This document shows, piece after piece, positions 38,565-47,157 of a stretch of 58,385 bases of DNA. The translations under genes were made by a program, and so were the position numbers. Below the pieces are notes generated by a model, which had not been told where the DNA came from, did no database searches, and saw only the letters and a program-made list of their open reading frames with translations. Source of the DNA: Alphaproteobacteria bacterium (GTDB lineage: Bacteria; Pseudomonadota; Alphaproteobacteria; Rs-D84). Numbering within the stretch: the stretch's first letter is position 1; each line of letters opens with the position of its first letter. The stretch lies in NCBI GenBank assembly GCA_017534945.1, contig JAFXVB010000023.1:1-58385 (forward strand), read 5' to 3'.

Positions 38565-38975
38565 TTACAAGTAAAATAACAATCCATCTAATTCCAAAAT
38601 ATATCCGCGTGCAATTGACCAAGATGGATTTAATTCTGTCCTATGAAATTTAGTCGCACCAAAACAACAATCTTCCAGATTGTGTTTTAACATTTTATCA
38701 ACAACGCGCGCACACATTTGAAAGGTTCGTGCGTTTGTGTTGACACCTAATAAATCATGACGTTTTGATTTTTTATTCAAAGATTCAAACAATCCAGATT
38801 CCATAACGAAATCCAATTCGGTTTGATTATTGACACGTGCACCATTTACAATCATCGATGCCAAAGCTTCGACCACGCGTAAAGATTGTGCGCATGTTTC
38901 CGCGTAAACAACGCGTGATATTTTATATACATCTGGATTAAAATCATTTTGATGTTTGATTAATGGCAATTGCAT
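38565..38975 (-). CDS. SleB/CwlJ-like cell wall hydrolase (endolysin-like)
   Basis: ISRVVYAET, GATKFH, PSWS, GLLFY. Confidence 0.7.
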   Translation of the reverse strand: MQLPLIKHQNDFNPDVYKISRVVYAETCAQSLRVVEALASMIVNGARVNNQTELDFVMESGLFESLNKKSKRHDLLGVNTNARTFQMCARVVDKMLKHNLEDCCFGATKFHRTELNPSWSIARGYILELDGLLFYL

Positions 38976-39001
38976 TGCGAATACCCTTTGGTTTAAAACA
39001 T

Positions 39002-39028
39002 AAAAAAAGCGCACATAAAAATGTGCGC
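39002..39028 (-). terminator. terminator in the leader of the phage-like operon
   Basis: GCGCACAT-tttt-ATGTGCGC followed by T7. Confidence 0.75.
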
Positions 39029-39093
39029 AAATTAAAAAAGGTAAAAAAAATCACGTCATTCGACGCGCAGATTTCTCCCTCTTGATGCTGTAC

Positions 39094-39122
39094 ATTATAT
39101 CACAAATCGCAACATAAGTCAA
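39094..39122 (-). promoter_or_regulatory. consensus sigma70 promoter
   Basis: TTGACT-17 bp-TATAAT on the minus strand. Confidence 0.75.
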
Positions 39123-39127
39123 GTGGT

Positions 39128-39808
39128 TTATATCATGATTTCATCACCATACGCCAAAACATATCGTGTGCCACACCTTAATACCAATGCACCATTTTCG
39201 TTTATGCCCATCAATTGTGCGGTTGCACCACGATATTTTACAGTTGTATTTAATCCTGTCGCCATAGACATCCATCTTTCGCGCACAATTGCAAAGTCCG
39301 CCTTTATCCATTTATCCAGATATTTCATCAATCGTGTCAAAACATCTTTTTCATTTACCATAACGAAATCATTGACCTTGGTTGTTTTATATTCAGCAAC
39401 ACTAGGATTTGTTGCAACATTGATTCCAATTCCAACAACAACAAATCTTCCATAGTATTCAATTAAAATCCCAGAAATTTTTTTATCATCAACCAATATA
39501 TCATTTGGCCATTTTATAGTCGGTACAATTCCAAAAGAAAACAAAGTATCTGCAACCGCAATTGCCACAGCATAAGACAATCGTGCATCGCGTTCTTCAC
39601 ATCCATAAATAAAACTGGCATACAAATTTCCATGATGCGAAACCCATTTGCGCCGAAAACGTCCACGTCCGGCACTTTGTGCCGCAGCAACAATGGCGGT
39701 GTGATCACCGGCACGATGCTCTGCAATCATAGTTGTTGCCATGGTTTGCGTGCTGGGGATTTTATCAAAAGAAAATACTTTATACAGAGCCAATTTTATA
39801 AACCCCAT
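39128..39808 (-). CDS. birA: biotin-protein ligase (no HTH)
   Basis: QSAGRGRFRRKW, IKWPNDI, KISGIL, GIGINV; start uncertain. Confidence 0.92.
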   Translation of the reverse strand: MGFIKLALYKVFSFDKIPSTQTMATTMIAEHRAGDHTAIVAAAQSAGRGRFRRKWVSHHGNLYASFIYGCEERDARLSYAVAIAVADTLFSFGIVPTIKWPNDILVDDKKISGILIEYYGRFVVVGIGINVATNPSVAEYKTTKVNDFVMVNEKDVLTRLMKYLDKWIKADFAIVRERWMSMATGLNTTVKYRGATAQLMGINENGALVLRCGTRYVLAYGDEIMI

Positions 39809-40199
39809 CTTTTAATATTATAAAATCACGTCCACACAATTTGCGCAAATCGTAAATTGCATTTTCAATCGTATGCACAGATGCCGGCAAATGTTCCAAT
39901 GTTGACTTTAATTCTGGGCCTGTCATACCACCACCGCGCCGTAATGCCACAATGATACCCTGTTGAATATTTGATAATTGTGGTATTTTATTACCAAACA
40001 CAGATTTTAAAATTCGTGTGTTGTCGGCATGTTGAACAATCAAAGATTTCAATTGTTCGGGGGATATTGCCGCGGGCAGGGGAATATTATCCAAATTTAC
40101 ATCCAATACATTTGGTGTATCCAACACAGTCGCCCCAAGCGACAATAAAATGTGGCGCCATGTGGAATCACTGGAAAAAACCCGAATGCCATTTAACAT
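39780..40199 (-). CDS. hypothetical protein with a C-terminal winged-helix-like domain
   Basis: HTIENAIYDLRK...GVYKI. Confidence 0.6.
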   Translation of the reverse strand: MLNGIRVFSSDSTWRHILLSLGATVLDTPNVLDVNLDNIPLPAAISPEQLKSLIVQHADNTRILKSVFGNKIPQLSNIQQGIIVALRRGGGMTGPELKSTLEHLPASVHTIENAIYDLRKLCGRDFIILKDGVYKIGSV

Positions 40200-40319
40200 A
40201 TTTTTAGGATAGCAAAAAAAAGGCACAAGTCTATAAAAAACGCATGAAACAGTATTGCATTTTTATTTTCTGGGTGCTACACTTTCCCGCGTATAAATAA
40301 AGAGAAAAAAGGATAACAT

Positions 40320-41561
40320 ATGTATATACTTGCTTTGAACTGCGGTTCTTCTTCATTAAAATATCAGGTTTTTGATGCCGACACCAAAGAACCTTTGGTT
40401 TCTGGAAATGTTGAAAAGATAGGATTGCCGGATTCTTTCGTGACTCAAAAGTATCCAGATGGCGAAAAAATTCGCAAAGATGTTTCTATGGCTGATCATA
40501 ATCAGGCTTTAAATGTCGTAATCGGTTTATTGCGTGAGGCTTCCATAGACATCAGTAAAATTGCCGGTGTTGGTCATCGTGTTGTGTTGGGTGGTGAAAA
40601 ATTTGCGAACTCTGTTGAAATCACAGACGAAGTTATTCAAAAAATTGATGAATTATCAATGATTGCACCATTGCACAATCCTGCGGCTTTGGTTGGAATT
40701 ATGGCGGCAAAACAATTATTGCCAAACGCGACCCAGGTTGCTGTGTTTGATACTGCATTTTATAACACTTTACCTGATTATGCATATCGTTATGCTGTGC
40801 CGGCGGCATGGTATCGTGAACTTGGTGTTCGTCGTTACGGTTTTCATGGAACATCACATTTGTATGTTTCAAAGCGCGCGGCGGCGCTTTTGGGAAAGCC
40901 TGCAAAAGATTGTAATTTGATTACATTGCACATTGGATCTGGGGCTTCGGCTGCGGCGATTAAAAATGGTGTTGCGGTGGATACATCATTGGGTATGACA
41001 CCGGTTGCGGGTTTGGTCATGGGAACACGCCCGGGCGATTTGGATGCCGGTGTTGTGTTATATGTAATGCAAAGATTGGGACTGACCCCGGAACAAATGC
41101 AAAAACATTTGAACAAAGATTCTGGACTGTTGGGTGTGACCGAATGTTTTGCTGACCGTCGTGATGTAGAGGCAAACAGGGAAACAAAACCAGAATGCCA
41201 ATTGGCAATTGAAATGGAGGCACACGCCGTCCGCAAATACATTGGCGCATTTTTGGCAGAATTGGGTCATGTTGATGCAATCGTATTTACCGCCGGTGTG
41301 GGTGAAAACGATGATTATTTGCGCGCACAATTTTGCAAGGGTTTGGAACCTTTGGGAATTAAACTGGACCCAGAAAAAAATGCCGCGGCATTGGCACGCA
41401 AAGGTGTTGAAAGTGCGATTATCAGCACAGACGACAGCCCGATTAAAATCATTATGGTTGCAACCAATGAAGAATTGGTTATTGTCGAAGATACATTGGC
41501 AATCATGAACGGTACATATAATCCAGATCACCTTAAAATGGATTATTCCTTTGCAAAGTAA
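40320..41561 (+). CDS. ackA: acetate kinase
   Basis: LNCGSSSLK, GHRVV, APLHNP, FDTAF, RYGFHGTSH, FTAGVGEN, TNEEL. Confidence 0.97.
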   Translation: MYILALNCGSSSLKYQVFDADTKEPLVSGNVEKIGLPDSFVTQKYPDGEKIRKDVSMADHNQALNVVIGLLREASIDISKIAGVGHRVVLGGEKFANSVEITDEVIQKIDELSMIAPLHNPAALVGIMAAKQLLPNATQVAVFDTAFYNTLPDYAYRYAVPAAWYRELGVRRYGFHGTSHLYVSKRAAALLGKPAKDCNLITLHIGSGASAAAIKNGVAVDTSLGMTPVAGLVMGTRPGDLDAGVVLYVMQRLGLTPEQMQKHLNKDSGLLGVTECFADRRDVEANRETKPECQLAIEMEAHAVRKYIGAFLAELGHVDAIVFTAGVGENDDYLRAQFCKGLEPLGIKLDPEKNAAALARKGVESAIISTDDSPIKIIMVATNEELVIVEDTLAIMNGTYNPDHLKMDYSFAK

Positions 41562-41608
41562 ATAATTTTTAAATGTAATGGTATTTGCCGACAGAAATGT
41601 CGGCATTT

Positions 41609-42274
41609 TTATTTCTTTAATTTGCGTAATATTTTCTTTTGTGCATCTGTAATGCGATATGATTCAATTGCTTTTTGAATTGTTTTATTACGTGTCCAAT
41701 CGTCTAATTTGTTTAAATATAAAATCGCATCATCCCAATTTGTTGCCAAAGCCGTTGCGAAATACCATGCGCGCATCATATTGATATAGTATTCATCACT
41801 ATGCACATTGGCAACCATATCGACGTATTCATTGTGAAATGCGTCTTTGAGATAATATCGCATCAATAACCCAATTGCAAATCGCACAGTAAAGACATGT
41901 TTTGATTTTATCCATTTATAAATATATGGTTTTAATCTGTCTGTATTTTTCGCAAACACGCGCGGTATTAATTGATCGCAAGTTGCCCAATTATCAATAT
42001 ATGGCAAAAAAGATTCAACCAATATAACACATTTATCAAAATCATTTATTCCCGATAATATAAATGCATGAATTTGATTTTCTTCAAAATAAAAGTGAGG
42101 CAGTTCACATAAAAACTCATCTGCATTTGAAAAGTTTTTTGCATATTTGCGTAAAATTGGTGTTTTAACGCCAATCACACGCTTGGCATCAATATTTGGT
42201 ATTAATCCAGCATTAAATTTTGCGAACTTTTCATCGCGCATATCCAACAAATCAAAATAAACTTTATCATTCAT
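41609..42274 (-). CDS. DNA alkylation repair protein (AlkD-like)
   Basis: IDNWATCD, EYYINMMRAWYFATAL, NKTIQKAIESYRI. Confidence 0.88.
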   Translation of the reverse strand: MNDKVYFDLLDMRDEKFAKFNAGLIPNIDAKRVIGVKTPILRKYAKNFSNADEFLCELPHFYFEENQIHAFILSGINDFDKCVILVESFLPYIDNWATCDQLIPRVFAKNTDRLKPYIYKWIKSKHVFTVRFAIGLLMRYYLKDAFHNEYVDMVANVHSDEYYINMMRAWYFATALATNWDDAILYLNKLDDWTRNKTIQKAIESYRITDAQKKILRKLKK

Positions 42275-42341
42275 AAAACAATTATTTCAAAACAAGATAT
42301 AAAATCAAAGTAAAATATACCCCGCAATTTGCGGGGTTGTT

Positions 42342-42674
42342 TTATCTTGCGTTGCTTTGCACCACATATCCAGATTTTTCCATTTGTTTTTGCATTTTTT
42401 TGAACCAATGTTTTGCGGCCAATTTACCCCAGTTTATTACACCATGTCCAACAAAAGGAAAATAATAAACCACCCGACATGTTCCGCCGTTAACATCTTG
42501 ATACATATGGATATTTTCAGGGTCCGTCCAACGTGGTTGTGGGATATTTGTGGTTCCGTAAAAATGAACCTCTACATCATATCCGGCAATACCATCATCA
42601 GCATTAAAAACACTTTCAACACTGCGAAGTTTATACGGTTCGGCATATTGAATTTTTTTATTCAGTTTAGTCAT
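42342..42674 (-). CDS. hypothetical protein
   Basis: AAAAGGA SD; followed by terminator ACCCCGC/GCGGGGT. Confidence 0.65.
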   Translation of the reverse strand: MTKLNKKIQYAEPYKLRSVESVFNADDGIAGYDVEVHFYGTTNIPQPRWTDPENIHMYQDVNGGTCRVVYYFPFVGHGVINWGKLAAKHWFKKMQKQMEKSGYVVQSNAR

Positions 42675-42810
42675 TTATTATCCTTTTTTATTTCATACAT
42701 GGCCCATATCCCCATTGATACAAAGGCTAACACAGTTTCTCGAACAAAACAAGTCATTATTAATTTTATCGCGCGTTGTTGTTCAAAAGTAAATCAATGT
42801 TAAAATCAAA

Positions 42811-43044
42811 TTATTTTCTATCTAAATACTTTGCAAATTCTGTAAAACTGGTCCCCGTCAGGTCTAAAATTTTTGCTATGGTTTCTAAGGAAAGCCATCG
42901 TGGTTGTCCATATTTTGTTTTGCGTTTTGATGGATTAAAAGTCGTTGGATCTAAACCTGCCGCACGTGCCATGCCACTGCAACTGAAATGATTTATGCGT
43001 GCCAATTCATCTATTGCATGCCACATATCCCGATTGCGTAACAT
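42811..43044 (-). CDS. alphaproteobacterial Cro/CI-type HTH protein lacking the S24 domain
   Basis: WHAIDELA...SGMARAAGLDPTTFNPSKR...RWLSLETIAKIL. Confidence 0.85.
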   Translation of the reverse strand: MLRNRDMWHAIDELARINHFSCSGMARAAGLDPTTFNPSKRKTKYGQPRWLSLETIAKILDLTGTSFTEFAKYLDRK

Positions 43045-43385
43045 ATAACACTCCCTTTTTACATAAGAATATTATACTAATGGCTGGCGGATTGTGCAAT
43101 GTGCTATAACGCTATACGATAAATATGATAATATTCACAACCAACGCCCGAAGCGGTTGAAATGCTTGCAATACATAAAACTAAAATTTTTGTAAAATTT
43201 GCAAAACCAATATGGGAAATATTCCTAAAATGATCTTCGTCCGCGTCATTATGATAAAAATATATTAAAAAAAGACTGTGTATTTTCGAATCGTTTCCTA
43301 TACGATATTCCAAAAATCATACAAAAGAGAGAATGTGTAAACTAATTTTTACGGAATTAAATTTGATTAGATTAGATTTATAAAT

Positions 43386-43468
43386 TTGACTTTTGTATAT
43401 ATGTGTTATACCCTAACCAGTAAAGAAAGGAGACTAATAAGACATTGGGCGCTTGTTGGTCTTTTTTT
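43386..43468 (+). promoter_or_regulatory. promoter plus leader terminator of the radical-SAM operon
   Basis: TTGACT..TGnTATACC; AGACTAATAAG/CTTGTTGGTCT stem followed by a T-run. Confidence 0.55.
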
Positions 43469-43484
43469 ATTATAAGGATGAACT

Positions 43485-44606
43485 GTGGCAAATAAAACAT
43501 ATAATTACGACATATCCAATAAATTTATTGAATATTTTGACGGAAGGGTTAAACAAGTTTTCTTTTATACAACAGAGGACTGTCACTTACGTTGTAAACA
43601 ATGTTTGTATAAACCTAATTTGTTTTTTCAAATGAATAAAAGACATGAAATCCCGCTAAACCAAATGTGTGAATTGGCGCAAGATGTTTATACACTGGGG
43701 GCACGAAAAGCAACGATTATGGGCGGGGAACCATCAAAATATGGCGATTGCGAACACAAAGATTTAGGTCGTTTTATAAGATATTTGAAAGAAATCGGTT
43801 ATGCTTATGTGAGAATGGATACAAATGGTCAATTTGAAGATGATATGCTGAATTTGCCAGAGATAAAAAAGTTAGACGAGGTTTCTTTTAGCATAGATGG
43901 TTATTGCCCAACAATAAATGATTTCTTACGTGGGGCTGGCGCTTTCGATAAGTGCACTAAAAATATAAAAAGGGCGGTGGATTTAGGATATACTGTTGAC
44001 ATAACATCATGTATACATCCTATGTTGTTACAAAAGGATAAAAAAGGCCAATTAGAAATAGAAAATATGATACTTTTTGCCCAAGATCTTGGGGTTAGAA
44101 ATATCAATTTTCATGTTTTGTTTAAACATGGTTTTCCGATGGATACCTGGACAGAAGATACCGCTGTAAAACCAGAAGATTGGATTGTAGCAAGAGATAT
44201 TTTGGCAGAAAAAGTGGCATCTGGTGCATATAAAATTCATGTTCGTATTCCATACCACTTTGTAACACAAAAGGAATTTGATGCACATCCACAATATTAT
44301 GGGTATTGTCCTGCAAAGCTAGGAGAACGTTTATTAATCCATCCAGATGGTCAAATTAGAATTTGTTCTGGGTTAATCAGTTCAAAATATTGTGTTGCAA
44401 AATATTATGATCATAAAATTGTATGGGAAGAAGGCTATACAAACGAGCTATCTGATCATGATTTAGACAATCCAACACCGTGTACTAATCAAAGCAAGGG
44501 AATGAAATGTGGTAATTACTGTCCATTATGTTTCTCGTTCAAACCATATCAAAGAGAATATGTATGGCAGAATAAATTACAATGGGAACAACAGCATGTT
44601 AAATAA
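43485..44606 (+). CDS. radical SAM protein with a twitch/SPASM-like C-terminus
   Basis: CHLRCKQC, MGGEP, CPAKLGERLLIHPDGQIRIC. Confidence 0.92.
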   Translation: MANKTYNYDISNKFIEYFDGRVKQVFFYTTEDCHLRCKQCLYKPNLFFQMNKRHEIPLNQMCELAQDVYTLGARKATIMGGEPSKYGDCEHKDLGRFIRYLKEIGYAYVRMDTNGQFEDDMLNLPEIKKLDEVSFSIDGYCPTINDFLRGAGAFDKCTKNIKRAVDLGYTVDITSCIHPMLLQKDKKGQLEIENMILFAQDLGVRNINFHVLFKHGFPMDTWTEDTAVKPEDWIVARDILAEKVASGAYKIHVRIPYHFVTQKEFDAHPQYYGYCPAKLGERLLIHPDGQIRICSGLISSKYCVAKYYDHKIVWEEGYTNELSDHDLDNPTPCTNQSKGMKCGNYCPLCFSFKPYQREYVWQNKLQWEQQHVK

Positions 44607-45519
44607 TATTTCTTTTTCATTGACGAACAAGTGCAACAGTCGTTGTAGGATTTGCAATATATGGAAAACGAAGTCGTTTGAAGATGAAATGTCTGTACCG
44701 GATATTAAACATTTATTTGAACATAAGTGTTTTTCACAGGTGGATACTATAAGTTTGACAGGTGGAGAACCATTTTTGAGAAAGGATATTATAGATGTAG
44801 TGTACGGATTAAAAGAAAGCATGCCAAACTTGCAAAGGTTGTTTTTAAACACAAACGCGACCAATATACCCAAAATTGTACAGGTTTGTAAAATATCTAG
44901 CAATTTATTTAACAGTGTTATTCTAAGTGTTTCTTTGGACGGAGAAAAAGAAATTCACGATCGTTTACGTGGAATAAAAAATTACGATAACGTTATCAGT
45001 CTTTTAAAAGTTATGCAGCAACTCCCAGAAATCAATTTGTCTGTATCAATGACGTTGTCCCAAGAAAATACCAATTTAAAGAATTTAAAACACGTGAAAA
45101 ATATTGCCGAAAATAATAATGCAATGTTTAATTTCCGGTTTGCAGACAAGTCATCAACTTACTATAAAAATATGGATTTAGACTTGTCCGTAACAGAAAA
45201 TCAAAAAAAACAGGTTTCTGATTTTATTATTGCGAATTGTTCTGATAATGCTTTTTTAATGTGCTTGAAACAGTTTATAGATACGGGTAATCTAGATTTG
45301 TTGATTCAGAATGGAAAAAATAAATGTCTTGCAGGTAAAAAATTTGTATTTATTCATCCAAATGGTGTAATTTCGCCTTGCTTGTATAGTACACAACATA
45401 TAGCACCAGATGATTTATTATCAAAAGCACCCATTGTTATTGGAACAGACACGCCTTGTCCATGTTGTACAGATTGTGTTATATATCCAATGTTGGAAGA
45501 ACTACAAAAATCAAGATAA
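44596..45519 (+). CDS. radical SAM/twitch protein
   Basis: CNSRCRIC, LTGGEPF, CLAGKKFVFIHPNGVISPC...CPCCTDC. Confidence 0.92.
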   Translation: MLNNISFSLTNKCNSRCRICNIWKTKSFEDEMSVPDIKHLFEHKCFSQVDTISLTGGEPFLRKDIIDVVYGLKESMPNLQRLFLNTNATNIPKIVQVCKISSNLFNSVILSVSLDGEKEIHDRLRGIKNYDNVISLLKVMQQLPEINLSVSMTLSQENTNLKNLKHVKNIAENNNAMFNFRFADKSSTYYKNMDLDLSVTENQKKQVSDFIIANCSDNAFLMCLKQFIDTGNLDLLIQNGKNKCLAGKKFVFIHPNGVISPCLYSTQHIAPDDLLSKAPIVIGTDTPCPCCTDCVIYPMLEELQKSR

Positions 45520-45538
45520 ATAACCAAAAGGAAAAATA

Positions 45539-46216
45539 ATGTACGAAGAATTGGTTGAAATAGTAAAAAATAAATTAAAATCGTCATCTCATGATTTGTC
45601 TCATACTTTCAGGGTATATAGCAATTGTATAAAAATAGCTCAAAACGAACCAAATTGTGTTGTAGATATTGATATTTTACAGGCTGCGGCTTTGCTGCAT
45701 GATATTGCGCGTCCCGAAGAAGACATGGCAAAAGATGGGAAAAAAGTAGATCATGCAATATTAGGCGCACAACAAGCACAAGAAATATTGGTAAATTTAG
45801 GAAAAACACAACAGTTTTCAGAATCTGTAGCTTCTGCAATCAAAACGCATAGGTTCCGCGGAGGGCTTGTGCCAGAAACTATGGAAGCCAAGATATTATT
45901 TGATGCAGATAAATTGGATGTTATTGGTAATATCGGTATTGCTCGTTCGTATATGATAGCTGGGGAACAAAAACAAGATATTTATAATGATTGTGATATA
46001 AATGAGTATGTGAAAAACAACTTGGTTGGTGGTGTTCCATCTGGAAAGATAATAGATATTTCAAAACATACACCGAATATAGAATTCGCGACTAAAAATG
46101 TGAATATCCCAAACAAAATGTTCACCCAAACGGGTAAAGAACTTGCTTTGGCGCGGTTGAAAAGAATGGAAGAATTTTTCAATATATTAAAACAAGAAAT
46201 TAGAGGTTCTATGTAA
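45539..46216 (+). CDS. HD-domain phosphohydrolase
   Basis: HDLSHTFRV, LLHDIAR, FDADKLD.IG.IGIAR. Confidence 0.92.
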   Translation: MYEELVEIVKNKLKSSSHDLSHTFRVYSNCIKIAQNEPNCVVDIDILQAAALLHDIARPEEDMAKDGKKVDHAILGAQQAQEILVNLGKTQQFSESVASAIKTHRFRGGLVPETMEAKILFDADKLDVIGNIGIARSYMIAGEQKQDIYNDCDINEYVKNNLVGGVPSGKIIDISKHTPNIEFATKNVNIPNKMFTQTGKELALARLKRMEEFFNILKQEIRGSM

Positions 46217-47157
46217 TGCATTACACAGAAGAAAATAATAGAATCAAATCGGATTTTATAACGTTTTTTAAAGAAAAGGGGTATGTTTTAGAGCCAAGTG
46301 TTGCATTAAATTCTAAAATAGACCCGTCTGTGTTTTTGGTTGGAAATTGTACGAATGTATTCAAACAACGTTTATTGAATCAAAATATAGGTAATAGCGG
46401 GCATGTGCTGGTGCAACCTGCAATAAATTCAAAAAAAATTCCAGATTTTTTCTCGCAAGAAATAAAACGATTTTCTTCATCATACACAAGTCTTGGGATT
46501 TTGCATGAATTAAAATATTTACACGATGTTATAACCTTGCAATACGAATTTTTTACGCAAATCGTTGGACTTGATTCTGCAAAAATATCCATAAGTGTAA
46601 ATTTTAACGATAAGGATTTTATAGATGCTCTTAAACACTATAGAAATTTGAATATTATAACAGAAAACGAATCTTGCAGAAACAAATTTGGTCAATGCGG
46701 AGATTTTTTGTTAACAGGTAGAAATATTCGTTTTTACTACAACGGAAATAATATTTGTGTATTATCTGTATATCAAAATGGCAAAAAAGATTTAGCAATA
46801 GAGAGTTCTTCAACGATACAAGTATTGTTAATGGAAAAATATTCTTTATCTAACACGATGGCGGTATCTGTATTAAATGACTTTTATCAAGCATCTAATA
46901 ATTATGAATTAAAATATTATGATTGCATATCCACAGTGGCCGAAATGTTACATTCTGGTATAAGGCCAAATTCGTCACATATGGATGGAAGAATTTTAAA
47001 AAAATACATCAAAATTGTAATTCAAACATGCAACAAAATGGATAAAAATTTAAGAAATTATAGTGATCTTATAGCTTTCTATTTAAATTCTACTTATCCT
47101 AATCATTGCATGGATATAAAATCAGTGGTGCAAGAGGCTTTTGAAAAATGTCGATAG
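46216..47157 (+). CDS. truncated, degenerate alanyl-tRNA-synthetase-like protein
   Basis: FITFFKEKGY..EPS, DPSVFLV, VQPAI, GIRPNSSHMDGRILKKYIK align to the AlaRS catalytic and helical domains. Confidence 0.7.
   Translation: MHYTEENNRIKSDFITFFKEKGYVLEPSVALNSKIDPSVFLVGNCTNVFKQRLLNQNIGNSGHVLVQPAINSKKIPDFFSQEIKRFSSSYTSLGILHELKYLHDVITLQYEFFTQIVGLDSAKISISVNFNDKDFIDALKHYRNLNIITENESCRNKFGQCGDFLLTGRNIRFYYNGNNICVLSVYQNGKKDLAIESSSTIQVLLMEKYSLSNTMAVSVLNDFYQASNNYELKYYDCISTVAEMLHSGIRPNSSHMDGRILKKYIKIVIQTCNKMDKNLRNYSDLIAFYLNSTYPNHCMDIKSVVQEAFEKCR

Larger units (their letters stand above)
26742..38975 (-). other. domesticated podovirus-like structural/lysis gene cluster (GTA candidate)
   Basis: Portal, split terminase, tail tubular A/B, capsid, scaffold, holin and hydrolase; no integrase; host genes interspersed. 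Confidence 0.7.

Noticed and set aside
26742-38975. Intact inducible prophage
   Set aside because: No integrase, att repeats or replication module; the terminase is interrupted by host-type dnaB and housekeeping genes abut both ends. A decaying prophage is not formally excluded.
1195-42803. Many shadow ORFs in the six-frame track (for example 2677-3336, 27060-27788, 37277-37603)
   Set aside because: They lie antisense or out of frame to confidently identified genes and have no independent signals.
43104-43313. Minus-strand 69-aa ORF
   Set aside because: No SD or recognisable motif; AT-rich island edge.
43445-43495. RiPP precursor MGACWSFFIIRMNCGK for the radical SAMs
   Set aside because: TTG start 12 nt from the SD, runs through the terminator, no leader or RRE evidence; too weak.
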